A stretch of DNA of 64,000 nucleotides from Tubulanus polymorphus (Eukaryota; Animalia; Nemertea). The translations under genes were made by a program, and so were the position numbers. Below the pieces are notes generated by a model. The model had not been told where the DNA came from. It worked only from the letters and a program-made list of their open reading frames with translations, and did not search any database. Shown piece after piece: positions 26,301 through 38,909 of this stretch (within the stretch, counting starts at the first letter, position 1; the number at the start of each line of letters is the position of its first letter). The DNA lies in contig NC_134026.1 of assembly GCF_964204645.1 (NCBI RefSeq), positions 26,880,150 through 26,944,149 of the forward strand, written 5' to 3'.

Positions 26301-28205
26301 TTAACAGGAATACTTATAGAACTTTGAGCACGTCTTCCTGTTGTCAGACACTTGCCACTTCAGTTTTTCCAGACTTATGAATTAGAGTATAGAAGTCACA
26401 TATCAAATGTATTTTTGTTATTATGCGTTTGTTATCAACCTTCTCATTATGGCTATTGTTAGATAGTTAGATAGTTTCAGTTAACTAAACCTTTCTTTGA
26501 AATTCAATAGATATTTTTATTGCAAGTCTCTAGTCCCCTAAAATCGAGTTTATATCATATGGGTTTCCTGAAATATTGGGACCAGATTGGTTGTGACCGG
26601 AATTGAGTATTGGCTGTATATTTATGCAATCTAGTGAATATGTGAGACTACATGTAGTGTGAATTAAGTGATCAGAAGCCACAGCAATTCTTTGTCACTG
26701 AACTCTAGCTACCAATCATACCACCACATTCTTTATTAACCTAGCACTTGATGTTCCATGTTGGATCACAAAATTCCATTAACCTCATGTTTTATATAGA
26801 GATAGATACAACTACATAGTGTAAGAACGTTGTTGTTCTGGCTGTAATTCTGTATTATAAAGCTGCATGATGGAATACCAGTAGTTTTCTTGGTGTGATG
26901 ATCTATTTGGCTGTGGTTCAGTAAATAAGTTACCGTACTAATCCTATGGAAATTTACTTCTTTTATCTTAAGATTGCTTTATTTGGAATATCGAAGAGGC
27001 AGGTACAGGGTATTTATTTATGGACCAATGTATTGTGGCTAAGGTTGAAAATAGATGAGGGGCAGTTAATTGTTGTTGGTTCAGGAACTGCTGTTGAGAT
27101 TAACGGTTTTCATTTGTACTCTTTCTGCTCTTATTACTCTATACAAATAATAAAATGAAATTGTCATAGAATGTACAAATTTTAATGACTAAGAAAAAAG
27201 CTAGTCCCTTCAGTAAAGGTTTCATCTTTTAATCTCGTTGATTTTATGTAAATTGTACAGTATTGCATTAAAATCTTCTCTCACGTTTTTCTACATTTTT
27301 ACCATTACTTATCTATTCTGTATGTATAAATTCAATAAGTGTTAACAGCGCAGAAAGTTTTATAAATGTAACAGGAGTTCTTTTACGTAAGATGTCCGAG
27401 AGGCGGTTCACTTTGCAGTTATACAGGCGTTACACTGGTATTTTTCGAAGATAACTTTGCAAGTGGTTCCTATTTGAAACCTCTCTTTGTTCATAAAACA
27501 TTTGAAGGGCGATAATGACGATTTATCTTTCATTTATATATTTAAAGGTTTTTATTTTTATTCTGTTATGTTACAGCTCTTGTTTATTCAATAAAATTTA
27601 AATGAAGTCAGAACTTGCATTTCCTCTGGTCACTTGCAATTCATCTGTTTCAATAGGAAGGAAGTATGGATGTTTTACTTCCCTGCGTGGATAATGTAGG
27701 GATCATCTATCCATGGCCGTCTAGATTCTGTATGGTCGGATGCCGAATTGATAGATGGATGCGCCTTTGGACGGTGCAAACCCTCCAACAATGATTTCTA
27801 TGGACAGGTGACTGTTGAATGCTCATATTTTCTTTATATTGTGGGTTTTTCCTTTGAATCACCCTCCAGCAGCTCGTATCAATGAGTTTAACACGCAAGC
27901 CTAATGCCAAGTTTGAACCCTTAGCTGTTGACACTATATTGTTGGTTTAGTTCATGGGAGATTTGAAAAAAAAAACAGCATAAGGCCCCTCGGGGACTAC
28001 AGTGCTGCCACCAAGTCTAGCTTGCACTTTTTGTAGGATGGATGGGCGATCGCAGTGTAAATGGGAGTGTCCATATAATCGACACAAAATACATCATCTG
28101 GGAATAGAGATCAGATGTTGAATTACATTATCTATACTTCGAAACCTTTACTCATTAAAGCAGCTAGAGAAAATCATTCTGATACATATTAAAGTAATAG
28201 CTTTA

Positions 28206-30861
28206 TTATGTTTGATTCCATGAAAAAATAGACGTATAATTTTTTCCAGTCATTAAGCATGTTAGTCGATATAATAAAGCTATAAGCAGCATAAATACAG
28301 ATATTCTCAACCATGTAGATGGTGGCTTTTCAATTTTAACTTCTTCCTATAAAATATACCAAAAAAAAAATCATGAACTGCAATTAATAGAAATTCATAT
28401 TCTACAAAGTGAATCAGTCATTCTGATGATTACCGTAATATACATTCCCGAAACTTCGCCTTTCTTCAGTGGAGGAGGTATATTCAAAGGTCTCTGGACA
28501 TCTGTTTTTGTGATTAGTTGCCCCTTTAAGTAATGTTTGCCAGTTTCAATGACAACTATGTCCATCATCTTACCCATGAGATTTTCATCTTTTGGGACCA
28601 ACACCTGGGAGAAAATCAAATATGGTACATGACTATGACAGTAACATTAGACTCATTACAGCAAATGGAATCTACTGGTATGTTACCTGGTCATAGTATT
28701 TATTGTGTCCCACATAATACTGACCATCATGAGATACTTCTGTTACTAGAACTCTTTGTTTTTCACCTAACTGTAATGAACAATCAGTCATTTACAAATA
28801 CAACATTAAGAACTGAAATAATGGATTTCAATTTTGTGCCTTTTTAAAATTTACCTTGTGTTCGTAAGGTTTATATGATTGAAATAATTCAGAAACTGCC
28901 TTCGTTCGCTGTTTTACCTTTTTAAGAATTACAATATAAAGATCATATATACTCATGAATTTGAGGAAAATCAAACACCCATAAAGCACCCATATCATCT
29001 CAAATAACTAACTCACTTCTGGAGGAGGAACTCGTGGCATTTTAGCTGCTGGAGTTCCAGGACGTGGGAAGAACTGGTTGATAAAAAGACTGGGAAACTT
29101 ATATTCATCAACAAGTTGCAAAGTTTCTTGGAAATCCTGCAATAGAAATAGTGTTTATGAAAATAACTTATAACCTATTGAATATGATAATCATAATTTA
29201 ATCAATCACCAATCTAATGTGTTTTTAATACCTCTGCAGTTTCAGTAGGGAAACCACATATCACATCAGTTGCTATAGTTATACCAGGTACACGCTCTTT
29301 GAGGAAATCCACTACATGTTTGAAATCAGCTAAACAGTATTCCCTTTTCATATCCATTAACACGCTATCAGATGCCGCTTGTACAGGGACATGTAGAAAT
29401 GAATATACCCTCGAATGGTTCAATATCTTAGCCATTTCCTGAAAAGGGGCATATCATTCTATAATCAGAAAGCTTAACAACAGACAGTCACATCTGCTTA
29501 TTGACATTCATTTTTGTACCTCCAAATGTTCCAATATGTATGGCGGATTAGTCATTCCTAGTCGTAACATTGCTCCCTCAGGTATGGCTTCTACAAGTTT
29601 CCACAGTAACTGCGGTAACGTGACACCAATATCTCTTCCATAAGCACCAGTGTCTTCAGAGGTCAACCATATTTCTACAACACCCTCTGTGAGAAAAATT
29701 GACTAGTTGATTCCAGACTGAAGAAACGAATCTATCAAAAATCGCTAAGAACAAATACTGCTACTGTAGTTTTTTTTTACCTTCAAATGACTGCTTTGCT
29801 CTAGCCACTATTTCATCAGGCGGGTAGCTCCCCAGTTCACCACGAGCATGTTTGGTTTTACAGTATGTACACTGATTTAAACAACTAAAATTCATATATT
29901 GTGTACAGTTAGAATGATTAGAATCTCACATTCACAGGATATTGAATTGCATTTAAGTCTAGGAAATGACATTTTCTTTCTTACCCTGTATTTATAGCTA
30001 TGATTTCAATTAATGGATTTTTACGTATTTTGGGGAGCATAAGAGAAGCTCCACCAGCTTTTTTGCCATCTTGTTTTTTCAGCCCAAGCAAACGTACAGT
30101 ATGGCCTTTTACCGTCTCTTCAACAACCTCTAATACTCTGTCTATTTGTTGAACTCCAATCATACTAACTCCCTGTGAGTAAGAATAAAATTCATCAGAG
30201 ACTTGGATATTTCGCACCAAGTTATACAGTCTACCTTGCAACTTACCTGTAAATAATCAGATTTAGGTTGACCCTGAGGTACACAGCCAGAAACGATTAA
30301 ATGTTTACCCGTTTCTTTAGCTTTCATTATTTCATTCCGGAAATGATCTTCGGCTGGACTTTTAACCGTACAACTATTCAATATCCACAAGTCAGCTGTA
30401 TCTTTTTCATCTTAAATACAAAATTAAATATCACAGATAGTTTTCACTCCTTAAACCTATTTTCCGAAATGTACTTCAGACATCGAGTTTAACCTGTGAT
30501 TTTATAGCCATATGAAGCAAGCTGTCCAGCCATGTACTCTCCATCTGAACTGTTGTGAGCGCAGCCCCATGTTTTCACGTAAATCGATTGACATCCTGAA
30601 AAAAACAGAAGCAAACCGATGAGATATTCAAACCGAGGAAAGATCTTCACATTCACAATCATGTAGAAACGTACCAGGAATTATGCTTTCAGCTTCAGGT
30701 TTCACTGCCGGAGATTTTGGTCTGTTCTTTTTAATCCTAGGTCGAGGGACTATTTTAGATTTAGCGGCTATCCTTTCATCCAGAGTTACATTGTTTGACT
30801 TGTTGACAATATCTTCAATGTCATCGATGAAGTTTTCCGATTCACAAATAACTGATGGCAT
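28206..30861 (-). CDS. CDKAL1: Threonylcarbamoyladenosine tRNA methylthiotransferase CDKAL1 (radical SAM, MtaB-like), multi-exon
   Basis: Spliced motifs: MPSVICES...[52 protein letters not shown] (CxxxCxxC), [55 protein letters not shown], a TRAM domain and a C-terminal hydrophobic anchor ([15 protein letters not shown]); stop at 28206-28208. Confidence 0.96.
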
Positions 30862-30946
30862 CTTCAGCAACAGAAAATAGTTTAAAATATCAGTGTTAAC
30901 GAGTCCTTATAAATTAGTTAGTTGAAATCATTATCATTACTATTAA

Positions 30947-31326
30947 GGTGTGGCTACTTGTACGGATTACTCTGGAGGCTATTCGTACGGAACTAGGATC
31001 TGTACGCTAATAACTGTCGCTGATTGGCTGATTAACACAGTGCATGCGTACAGAGGTGCGCGACTTAGAAAATTCAAGGAAAGTGTGGAGAATAGAGTTA
31101 GAGAAAAATAGAGTGGATCAAGCGAGACTCGAACCCGGGCCAGTAAATTACTAGCGCAGCATCATACCAGTAGACCACCGAGCTCGACGACAGTCGGCCA
31201 AATGTTTTAACTACATATAGCCTCACCTTACCCTAACCCTATCCCTTCCCATAGGAACATTCCAGAGTAATCCGTACGAATAGCCCACGGAATTATTCGT
31301 ACGGGTCCGTACGAGTAGCCACTTCG
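30947..31326. mobile_element. TIR element carrying a tRNA-like core on the minus strand; TTACTATTAA direct repeats
   Basis: GTGGCTACTTGTACGGATTACTCTGGA at left versus TCCAGAGTAATCCGTACG...GTACGAGTAGCCAC at right; direct repeat at 30937-30946 and 31327-31336; internal minus-strand GGTGGTCTACTGG...GGTTCGAGTC. Confidence 0.75.
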
Positions 31327-31385
31327 TTACTATTAACCGTTTACTATCATTTGGCCTACTCTTCTCTAGCCTAATTTATATTATT

Positions 31386-31960
31386 GGAAGTGGATATTTT
31401 GCCAATGCGGCATTATTTTAGTAAATGCTATTTTGCCAATGGCTATATATAATAAGATATAGTAATAAAATATAACAATAACATCATTATATTGGGTGTA
31501 GGGTTAGGGTTTCGATAGGGTAAGGGTCTAGAGGGTTAGGTTTAGGGTTAGGGTCCGTTTTTACCCCTAGGGATAGGGTTAGGGTAAGGTGTAGTCAGTA
31601 ACCTGTCTGTGGTTTAGTTTCACAATCGGATATTTTCACAAACCACATGGTATAAGCCCATCCGATTATAAAAAGCTTACCACCAACGATTAGGTAACTA
31701 ACTAGGTAAGGTGAGGCTATATGTAATGAAAAATTACGGGTGGTTTTGAGTGAGCCGGGTGGTCTAGTGGGAATATGTTACGCTAGCAATCTGCTGGTCG
31801 GGTTCGAATCCCGCTCTGACTATGCTGCTATTTTCTCTAACTCTGTTCTCCACACTTTCCTTGAATTTTCTAAGTCGCGCACCTCTGTGTGCATGCATGG
31901 CGTCAATTAGTCAAAACGCACCATTGGCAAAATAGCATTAACAGGAAAATATCCACTGCC
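31386..31960. mobile_element. TIR element with degenerate TTAGGG repeats and the same tRNA-like core on the plus strand
   Basis: GGAAGTGGATATTTT...ATGCTATTTTGCCAATGG versus CCATTGGCAAAATAGCATT...AAAATATCCACTGCC; A box TGGTCTAGTGG and B box GGTTCGAATCC at about 31759-31811; GGGTTA-like repeats at 31495-31590. Confidence 0.75.
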
Positions 31961-32187
31961 TATCTAATATTATTTATTTGAAAGCAAATTCGTTAATTCG
32001 ACTTCGAGAAGCTTCTCCCTTGCGTTGTCAATAAAATACTACTCATCAAAACTACTGTACAAGCTACTGTGGTTTATACTTCTCTTGCCGTAGAATCTAA
32101 AACTCTCTTCTACTTCAGCTTCTGAAATGGATTGTATTTTTCTGTAGAATTTTCGGTATTTTCTTCGTTTCAAGAGAATCCACGAAA

Positions 32188-32302
32188 CGGAAGTATGTAT
32201 TATATTTGTTACATCGTATGCTAAATAATTTTGTTTTAGCGTTTTGCGCGACGACCTTCAGAATTTATCCTCTTTTTATCAAACGGGTGCTGCCTCACGT
32301 CA
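32188..32302. promoter_or_regulatory. Probable CDKAL1 promoter region (ETS CGGAAGT and TCACGTCA motifs)
   Basis: Motifs lie about 1.3 kb upstream of the CDKAL1 ATG in a CpG-richer patch; function is inferred only. Confidence 0.3.
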
Positions 32303-32562
32303 TAATCATTTACGTAAATAATTGTTGAATTAAAATAATTGTAAATACTGTTTTTTCTCTATATACCATGGAAATGGTTGCATTGTAATAAACTGGCCGT
32401 AATAAAATATATTACGAATACGAATATTCGTATCAGTAAGTGCTGCCCCCTCTTGCGGTTAACGGTGAATATCTGAACTTACTCGCGTGCCGCAGTAGGA
32501 ATATTGCGCAACTTTTTGAATTATTAGTTGTCGAATAAACACTATAATCCGTGTACACTGTC

Positions 32563-32725
32563 GATAAATGAAGAAATCCCACACATCGAATTTAAAATTA
32601 TATGATGAAATTTATTCATTCGACTAGATGAAGGCTGTTAGTCAACAGCCGAAACGTTGTGGTTTCAAAATGATAAAGTTTATCGTATGATTTTAAATTC
32701 GAAGTGTGGGATTTCTTCATTTATC
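32563..32725 (+). mobile_element. Palindromic Penelope-like LTR remnant with a hammerhead-like core
   Basis: ~57-bp inverted arms (32563-32620, 32669-32725) enclose CTAGATGA-A-GGCTGTT-agtc-AACAGCC-GAAACGTT; a second partial copy CAGCCGAAACGTTG lies at 32841. Confidence 0.55.
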
Positions 32726-33619
32726 TTTTTGAATTACCCTCAGCACCCTTTAGAATAAGGCTCTCCAGAAAACCGCTAGGGCGATATATTGTGTTCGCAT
32801 TTTGTGGATTGCCAACAAAAAAGATGGGATACCACTCAGACAGCCGAAACGTTGCGGTTTCGTTTTAATAAAGTATTTCATATAAAATTCGAATTGTGAG
32901 ACTTCTTCGATTAATGACGTAGTTACGATAAATGTGGATAGATGGCGACTGCAGAATGTTGAAAGCTTGTTTTGGTCGATTTTGACAGATCCAAAATGCC
33001 GGCTTTTTGAATCGTAGTTAGGCCTGCTGTACTCCTGGCTGGTCATACAAATTAGCGTCAACAACTATCAACGGGCCCAGTTTAACGTGCAGTGTCGTAT
33101 TGTTTCGCCGCTGATATAATCGCATAAATAAAAGCTTGTCGGCAGACCAGTTGGTGGGATTATTTTTTTTTGGGTTGAAAAAAAAGAAGTAGATTGCAAG
33201 AATAAAACGCAGGAGTTTCAAAAAAAGGTTTAACTCTTAAATCGATTTAATTTCTTCATTAATTCAGTTTATCTTAAAACGTTTTAGACCTCAATCCAGG
33301 ATTTGCTATACGTGTATTAAACTTAACTAAACAAATGACAAATTTTAGAATCAATCATATTCATTCTCATACAACAATTATACAAAATGCCAGGAGTGCT
33401 CGAGGAATTATAATGTAAGCTCCTCAAACACGTGGACTTTCAAAAACAACTAGTCCAACCACCAGGCGTATAAACTATAAACGAGAGTTTATACGGTTGT
33501 TCGGTGGTGTACCAGAACACCGTTTCAAGATGGCGGCTATGTAGAGGGCGCCATGGGACAATACAGTGAGAACAGGACCACCGCATACAACACGGGCCGA
33601 AAGCATCCGTAGCAACACT

Positions 33620-34782
33620 GGTATCAGTAGTATCATCGGTCTCTGAGAGGATCGGACAGTATCACTGGTAACAGTGGTATCGGGGTAGCAGTAGTATCAC
33701 CGGTCTCCAGAAGGATCGGGCAGTATCACTGGTAACAGTGGTATCGGGGTAGCAGTAGTATCACCGGTCTCCAGAAGGATCGGGCAGTATCACTGGTATC
33801 AGTGGTATCGGGGTAGCAGTAGTATCACCGGTCTCCAGAAGGATCGGACAGTATCACTGGTAACGGTGGTATCGGGGTATCAGTAGTATCACCGGTCTTG
33901 GAGAGGATCGGGCAGTATCACTGGTAACAGTGGTATCGGGGTATCAGTAGTATCATCGGTCTCCAGAAGGATCGGACAATATCACTGGTAACAGTGGTAT
34001 CGGGGTATCAGTAGTATCACCGGTCTTGGAGAGGATCGGGCAGTATCACTGGTAACAGTGGTATCGGGGTATCAGTTGTATCACCGGTCTCTGGAAGGAT
34101 CGGGCAGTATCACTGGTAACAGTGGTATCGGGGTATCAGTAGTATCACCGGTCATGGAGAGGATCGGGCAGTATCACTGGTAACAGTGGTATCGGGGTAT
34201 CAGTAGTATCACCGGTCTCCAGAAGGATCGGACAGTATCACTGGTAACAGTGGTATCGGGGTAGCAGTAGTATCACCGGTCTCCTGAAGGATCGGACAGT
34301 ATCACTGGTAACAGTGGTATCGGGGTAGCAGTAGTATCACCGGTCTCGGAGAGGATCGGGCAGTATCACTGGTAACAGTGGTATCGGGGTAGCAGTAGTA
34401 TCACCGGTCTCCTGAAGGATCGGACAGTATCACTGGTAACAGTGGTATCGGGGTAGCAGTAGTATCACCGGTCTCGGAGAGGATCGGGCAGTATCACTGG
34501 TAACAGTGGTATCGGGGTAGCAGTAGTATCACCGGTCTCCAGAAGGATCGGGCAGTATCACTGGTAACAGTGGTATCGGGGTAGCAGTAGTATCATCGGT
34601 CTCTGAGAGGATCGGACAGTATCACTGGTATCAGTGGTATCGGGGTAGCAGTAGTATCACCGGTCTCCTGAAGGATCGGGCAGTATCACTGGTATCAGTG
34701 GTATTGGGGTAGCAGTAGTATCACCGGTCTGGGAGAGGATCGGGCAGTATCACTGGTAACAGTGGTATCGGGGTAGCAGTAG
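33620..34782 (+). repeat. 64-bp tandem satellite, left arm, about 18 units
   Basis: Unit GGATCGGRCAGTATCACTGGTAACAGTGGTATCGGGGTAGCAGTAGTATCACCGGTCTCCAGAA; period of 64 checked at 33649 and 33713. Confidence 0.97.
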
Positions 34783-35010
34783 ACTTTTTTGCGCCGGACA
34801 CGTTTGATTAAACCGATATTTCGTTATAAAAGATCTCGTTGTAGCGAGGTTTGACTAGTATTACAGTGGAATTTTTATCGGTGGTACATGTATTTATTTT
34901 CCAGAGTTGCAAAATTTGGTTTCATTTTTTGGTGCGCCGTATCCACTGCCTGGTAATACTCTCCGTACTAAGTTCTTTGACTTTGAATAGTACATAGCAG
35001 CTAAGGATCG

Positions 35011-35151
35011 GGGGCCAGTTGCACAGTTTGTGACTTAAGTCCAAAAGTGGTCTTAAATCTTAAGACTGGTCTCAAGTTGTTAGATTGGCTATAGAACTAA
35101 GTTGGTCTTAGACTGGTCTTAAGTCTAAGCCATAACTATGCAACTGGCCCC
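35011..35151. mobile_element. 141-bp MITE with Harbinger-like GGGGCCAGTTGCA TIRs
   Basis: GGGGCCAGTTGCA...TGCAACTGGCCCC with internal CTTAAG/GACTGGTC subrepeats. Confidence 0.8.
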
Positions 35152-36013
35152 TGGAAGATTTGTTGAAGGCGTATCAAATTATCTAACTTTATCGGGTAAT
35201 CTCAAACTCAAGCGGGTACAGATCAGTCGTCAGAAAAGATATTCAAAAAAATATTCAACGCAGGCTTAAACTGCAAATAACCCTCTTTAAACTCTGTAAA
35301 AATTGGAAATATAGCTTTAAGAGATACTTAGATATTTTGAAATTAATGAATGTTGAGATTTCTTTTACGCGCGGTTAAGATATGCGGTCCTTGGGGTCAC
35401 ATCGTCAGTGTTCTCAATTGTTGCGTTCAAAAATTCCAAGAAACGCCAGCAAATATCTGCATTTCGTTTCCTTAAAAATGGTGTATAAATTAATTTCGTC
35501 GAGCAAGGGACTGCAGAACTATATGATATTCAATCTAAACTTATGTTTTAAAAATGAGTGCAAATTATCGCAACAATAGGGACCTCGAGGGACCGCCACA
35601 AAATGGCGCCTAGAAACTGGAAACTTCTTTATTTAAAAAAAATTAGTTAAGTCACAAGTCACTCACTAATTAGTGTTTCTCAATTTTAAACAGCCTAATT
35701 AAGTATATTGTAAACAAACATATGCATCAATAAACCAATATCAAGATTGCAGATTAAGACTATGGAGAATAAATCATTGCTATTATGTACAATATATGAT
35801 ACAATAAAATGTAAAGTAAAATGTAAATGATACCTGAGAAATATAATCACCAATGAAGTCATACAACACAAAAATATCAAAAGCATACAACGCAGTAATG
35901 TATCAGATCATCACAGTTTTTATAACATTGAATGAACTACCATTGACCACAACTCAGCCTTAGTAGCATTGGTATTGAAAATATTTCACCAATTGACTAT
36001 CGGCTGTGTAAAT

Positions 36014-36751
36014 GAATCCGGGTCATAATACCTCCGCCCAAAATACCTCCACCCAAATATCCCACACCCAGAATCCCTCCACCCAGAATACCCTCATATG
36101 TGTCCAAAATACCTCCAGGCCCTAGATCTAATGGGTTTATGCCTGAAGGACAAAAATTTGAACCTATTAGAAATATAATTTTTTAGAATGAATATTTTGT
36201 CCCCCCCCCCCAAGTTTTAATTTACAGGCAATACTCAAATAAACCAAAGTTCTATAGTTTAAAAGTAGTTAATTGAGCAAAACAAAGTATAATGTTAATT
36301 TCAGTGATCATAGTTGCACTTAAATGGAAATGAACTGAATTCAGTGTGTAAAGCGAAATGTAGTACATTGTTTTCTTAGATTATAGGACTAATTAATATT
36401 CTATAATCTAAATATTGAATAGTTTCCAGAGAAATCTAGCATAAGATTAAAGACATGAGATAAACTAATTAATATTCCCAGCCAAAACTAATTGCAAGTG
36501 AACATTGTCATTAATTGTTATTCAATTATTATTCAGTAGGTTTATATATACCGTAATACATTATATATGATAGTTGTATAATAGTCAATATTGGTGGTAC
36601 TTTAAACATCTAAATAATATAATTATAGTATTTTTTTTAAATTCTGGGTGGAGGTATTTTGGACACATATGAGGGTATTCTGGGTGGAGGGATTCTGGGT
36701 GTGGGATTTTGGACGGAGGCATTTTGGGCGGAGGTATTATGGGCGTATCCC
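36014..36751. mobile_element. MITE with ~100-bp internally repetitive TIRs and a GTGTAAAT TSD
   Basis: Arms of AATACCTCCACCCA-type subrepeats (about 36024-36117 and 36647-36742) are inverted copies; direct repeat at 36006-36013 and 36752-36759. Confidence 0.8.
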
Positions 36752-37061
36752 GTGTAAATAGAAGGTCCATCAAAATACCTATTTGTAAAATTCAACAACT
36801 TAAGTGTCATACTAAGTTGACCAGCACTGAGTAAGGCGGACGCAACTGTACACATATGGATGAAGAGTATAATTTGGTAACAGGTAAAAATCCCTCCTAG
36901 GTAAAAAAAAACCCAAAATCCCCCCAAATTTATTTCACAGCAAAAGTCAATGAAATACTGTAATATTCTTTAGTTGAAAAACGTTAATAGTTTTGCAAAA
37001 ATTTCCAATTTTCCCTGGTGTTTTTCACAATCACCTCGGATAATCTGTGTCTTTTACCGTG

Positions 37062-37735
37062 CAGTAAAAATCCCCTTGGTAAAAATCCCCAATTCTTCAA
37101 AGTAGGTAAAAATCCCCCTCCTTCTGAATGTAGTTTAAGTAGATACAATCTTAAGGTCAATTAATTCATATTTACCGGTATTTCATATTTATGATACACA
37201 TATCCTATTTATTATTGTGGAACATCATAAGGATATCATGAGTATACAAACTATTGCATATACTACTTGAATTCAAACATACTACAAATCAAAAATTCAT
37301 TAATACTAAATTAGTACTCAAAAGTTATCACACAGCTTAATGAAAGGGTTCTTAGCACTTGTCAAATATATTACACTAGTTTGAAACTAAAATATCTAGA
37401 ATTAAAAGTTCGTTATTGCTCAAAATTCATTGCATCGCGCAGCTCAAATATACCACAAGTTAACAAGATATTCCGGTTCGAATTTAAAGGTATTACAAAT
37501 AAAAGTGTATTATTCTTATTAATTCTAACAATTTATTGAAATCTAAGAGTTTACTTAAGAATTTATCACAACGAAAGATTTCATTGCACAGTCCAAACAT
37601 ATTTCAGTCTCATCGCAAATTAATAAAATTGGAGTATCATTTTGCTTTGAAATGGTCTTGAAAATCACCAAGTGGGGATTTTTACCTACTGTGAATATTT
37701 GGGGATTTCTACCTAGAAGTTTTTTACCATAGTGT
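37062..37735. mobile_element. TIR element with GGTAAAAATCCCC subrepeats; partial second copy at 39213-39512
   Basis: GTAAAAATCCCC motifs at left, GGGGATTTTTACC at right (37674-37730); sequence 37090-37430 recurs in direct orientation at 39250-39512. Confidence 0.65.
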
Positions 37736-37826
37736 ACACATGATTGTATGCTGTTCTACTGGACTTGGAGTACTCGCGGCTATACTTATTATTATTCCAA
37801 GACTGGACGCAAGTCGTGCTTTCGAC

Positions 37827-38484
37827 GGGTCCATACCTATGTTCCTCGGGTCCTATGTTCCCCCAAGGGAGATTAAACATAAAAGGGGTTCTATATTCCC
37901 CGGATCCGATATTCCTGGAAGATTATGGAAAATGTATAAAAAGGTCCTTTGTTCCCATGGCCACATACACTCAATTTCGGCGCCGGGAATTCAGAGCATG
38001 ATAACGCGTCAGGCTGCCAATTAGTTGATGTTGAAAATCGGCACTACATGTATCTTTATCTTTATCTTTATTCTATTAAATGAAAATTAACGACATGAAT
38101 CACAATTAAAAATCTCCCGGGCAAGTTTCAAAGCCTTTTTACAGTGTGACGTAACTACTGAATAAATTACCTGATCGATCGATTAATTGTCATCTCGAAT
38201 TTCTCTCGTTAAGTTCTGGCGTTTGCAAAAAATAAAAGCACCTTGTCTGTATCAAATTTATAGTATCTAGCAAATACATGACATGATTGATGGACTATTA
38301 TTAAAAAGCATAGGTATGGACACCGGTCAACGTTTTTATTATTTGGAGAATATATGGAACCCTCGTTGTATTATTTCCTTTGGGAGAATATAGAACCCGG
38401 GGAATATAGGACCCGGGGAACATGGAACCCGGGGAATATAGGGCCCGGGGAACATAGAACCTGGGGAATCTAGGGATGACCCCC
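37827..38484. mobile_element. MITE with 15-bp subrepeat TIRs and a CTTTCGAC TSD
   Basis: GGGTCCTATGTTCCCC-type repeats at left, GGGGAATATAGGACCC-type repeats at right; direct repeat at 37819-37826 and 38485-38492. Confidence 0.8.
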
Positions 38485-38909
38485 CTTTCGACCGTATTCA
38501 TTACTCATTACTTTTCAAATCATTACTGAAACGAAGAATATTTTAATTGATTTTTATTTCATATGGAAATATGCCGGTTACCTGAAACCGGAATTTTTCA
38601 TTGGATTAAAACAAGGGCCGGGGCTTATTTCTTCTTTGTTTTTCACCGCTTGCATCGATAGCTTACATAGTTTTGGTAGTCACATAGCCAGATCTTGGAG
38701 CGTTAAAATATGCAGGTGGTTTAATTTTACTTGAGCCCATTACAGGATCGATAATTCAAATGTAGAACATTTGCGAACAATTTGCGGAAGCGTGTAATAT
38801 TTCATTTTAAAGAAGTAAATCACATTTTGCATTTTCCTGGATACGTCCTCGTCAAGTTTTATTACTATTATATTTTCATCACTTGAATTAATTATTTTGT
38901 TTTGTAATA

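Noticed and set aside
31495-31590. TTAGGG-like repeats as a telomere or fusion site
   Set aside because: Short, degenerate and embedded within a TIR element.
31752-31817. Functional tRNA gene
   Set aside because: A and B boxes are present, but acceptor and anticodon stems are not convincing and the sequence is part of a repeat; treated as tRNA-derived.
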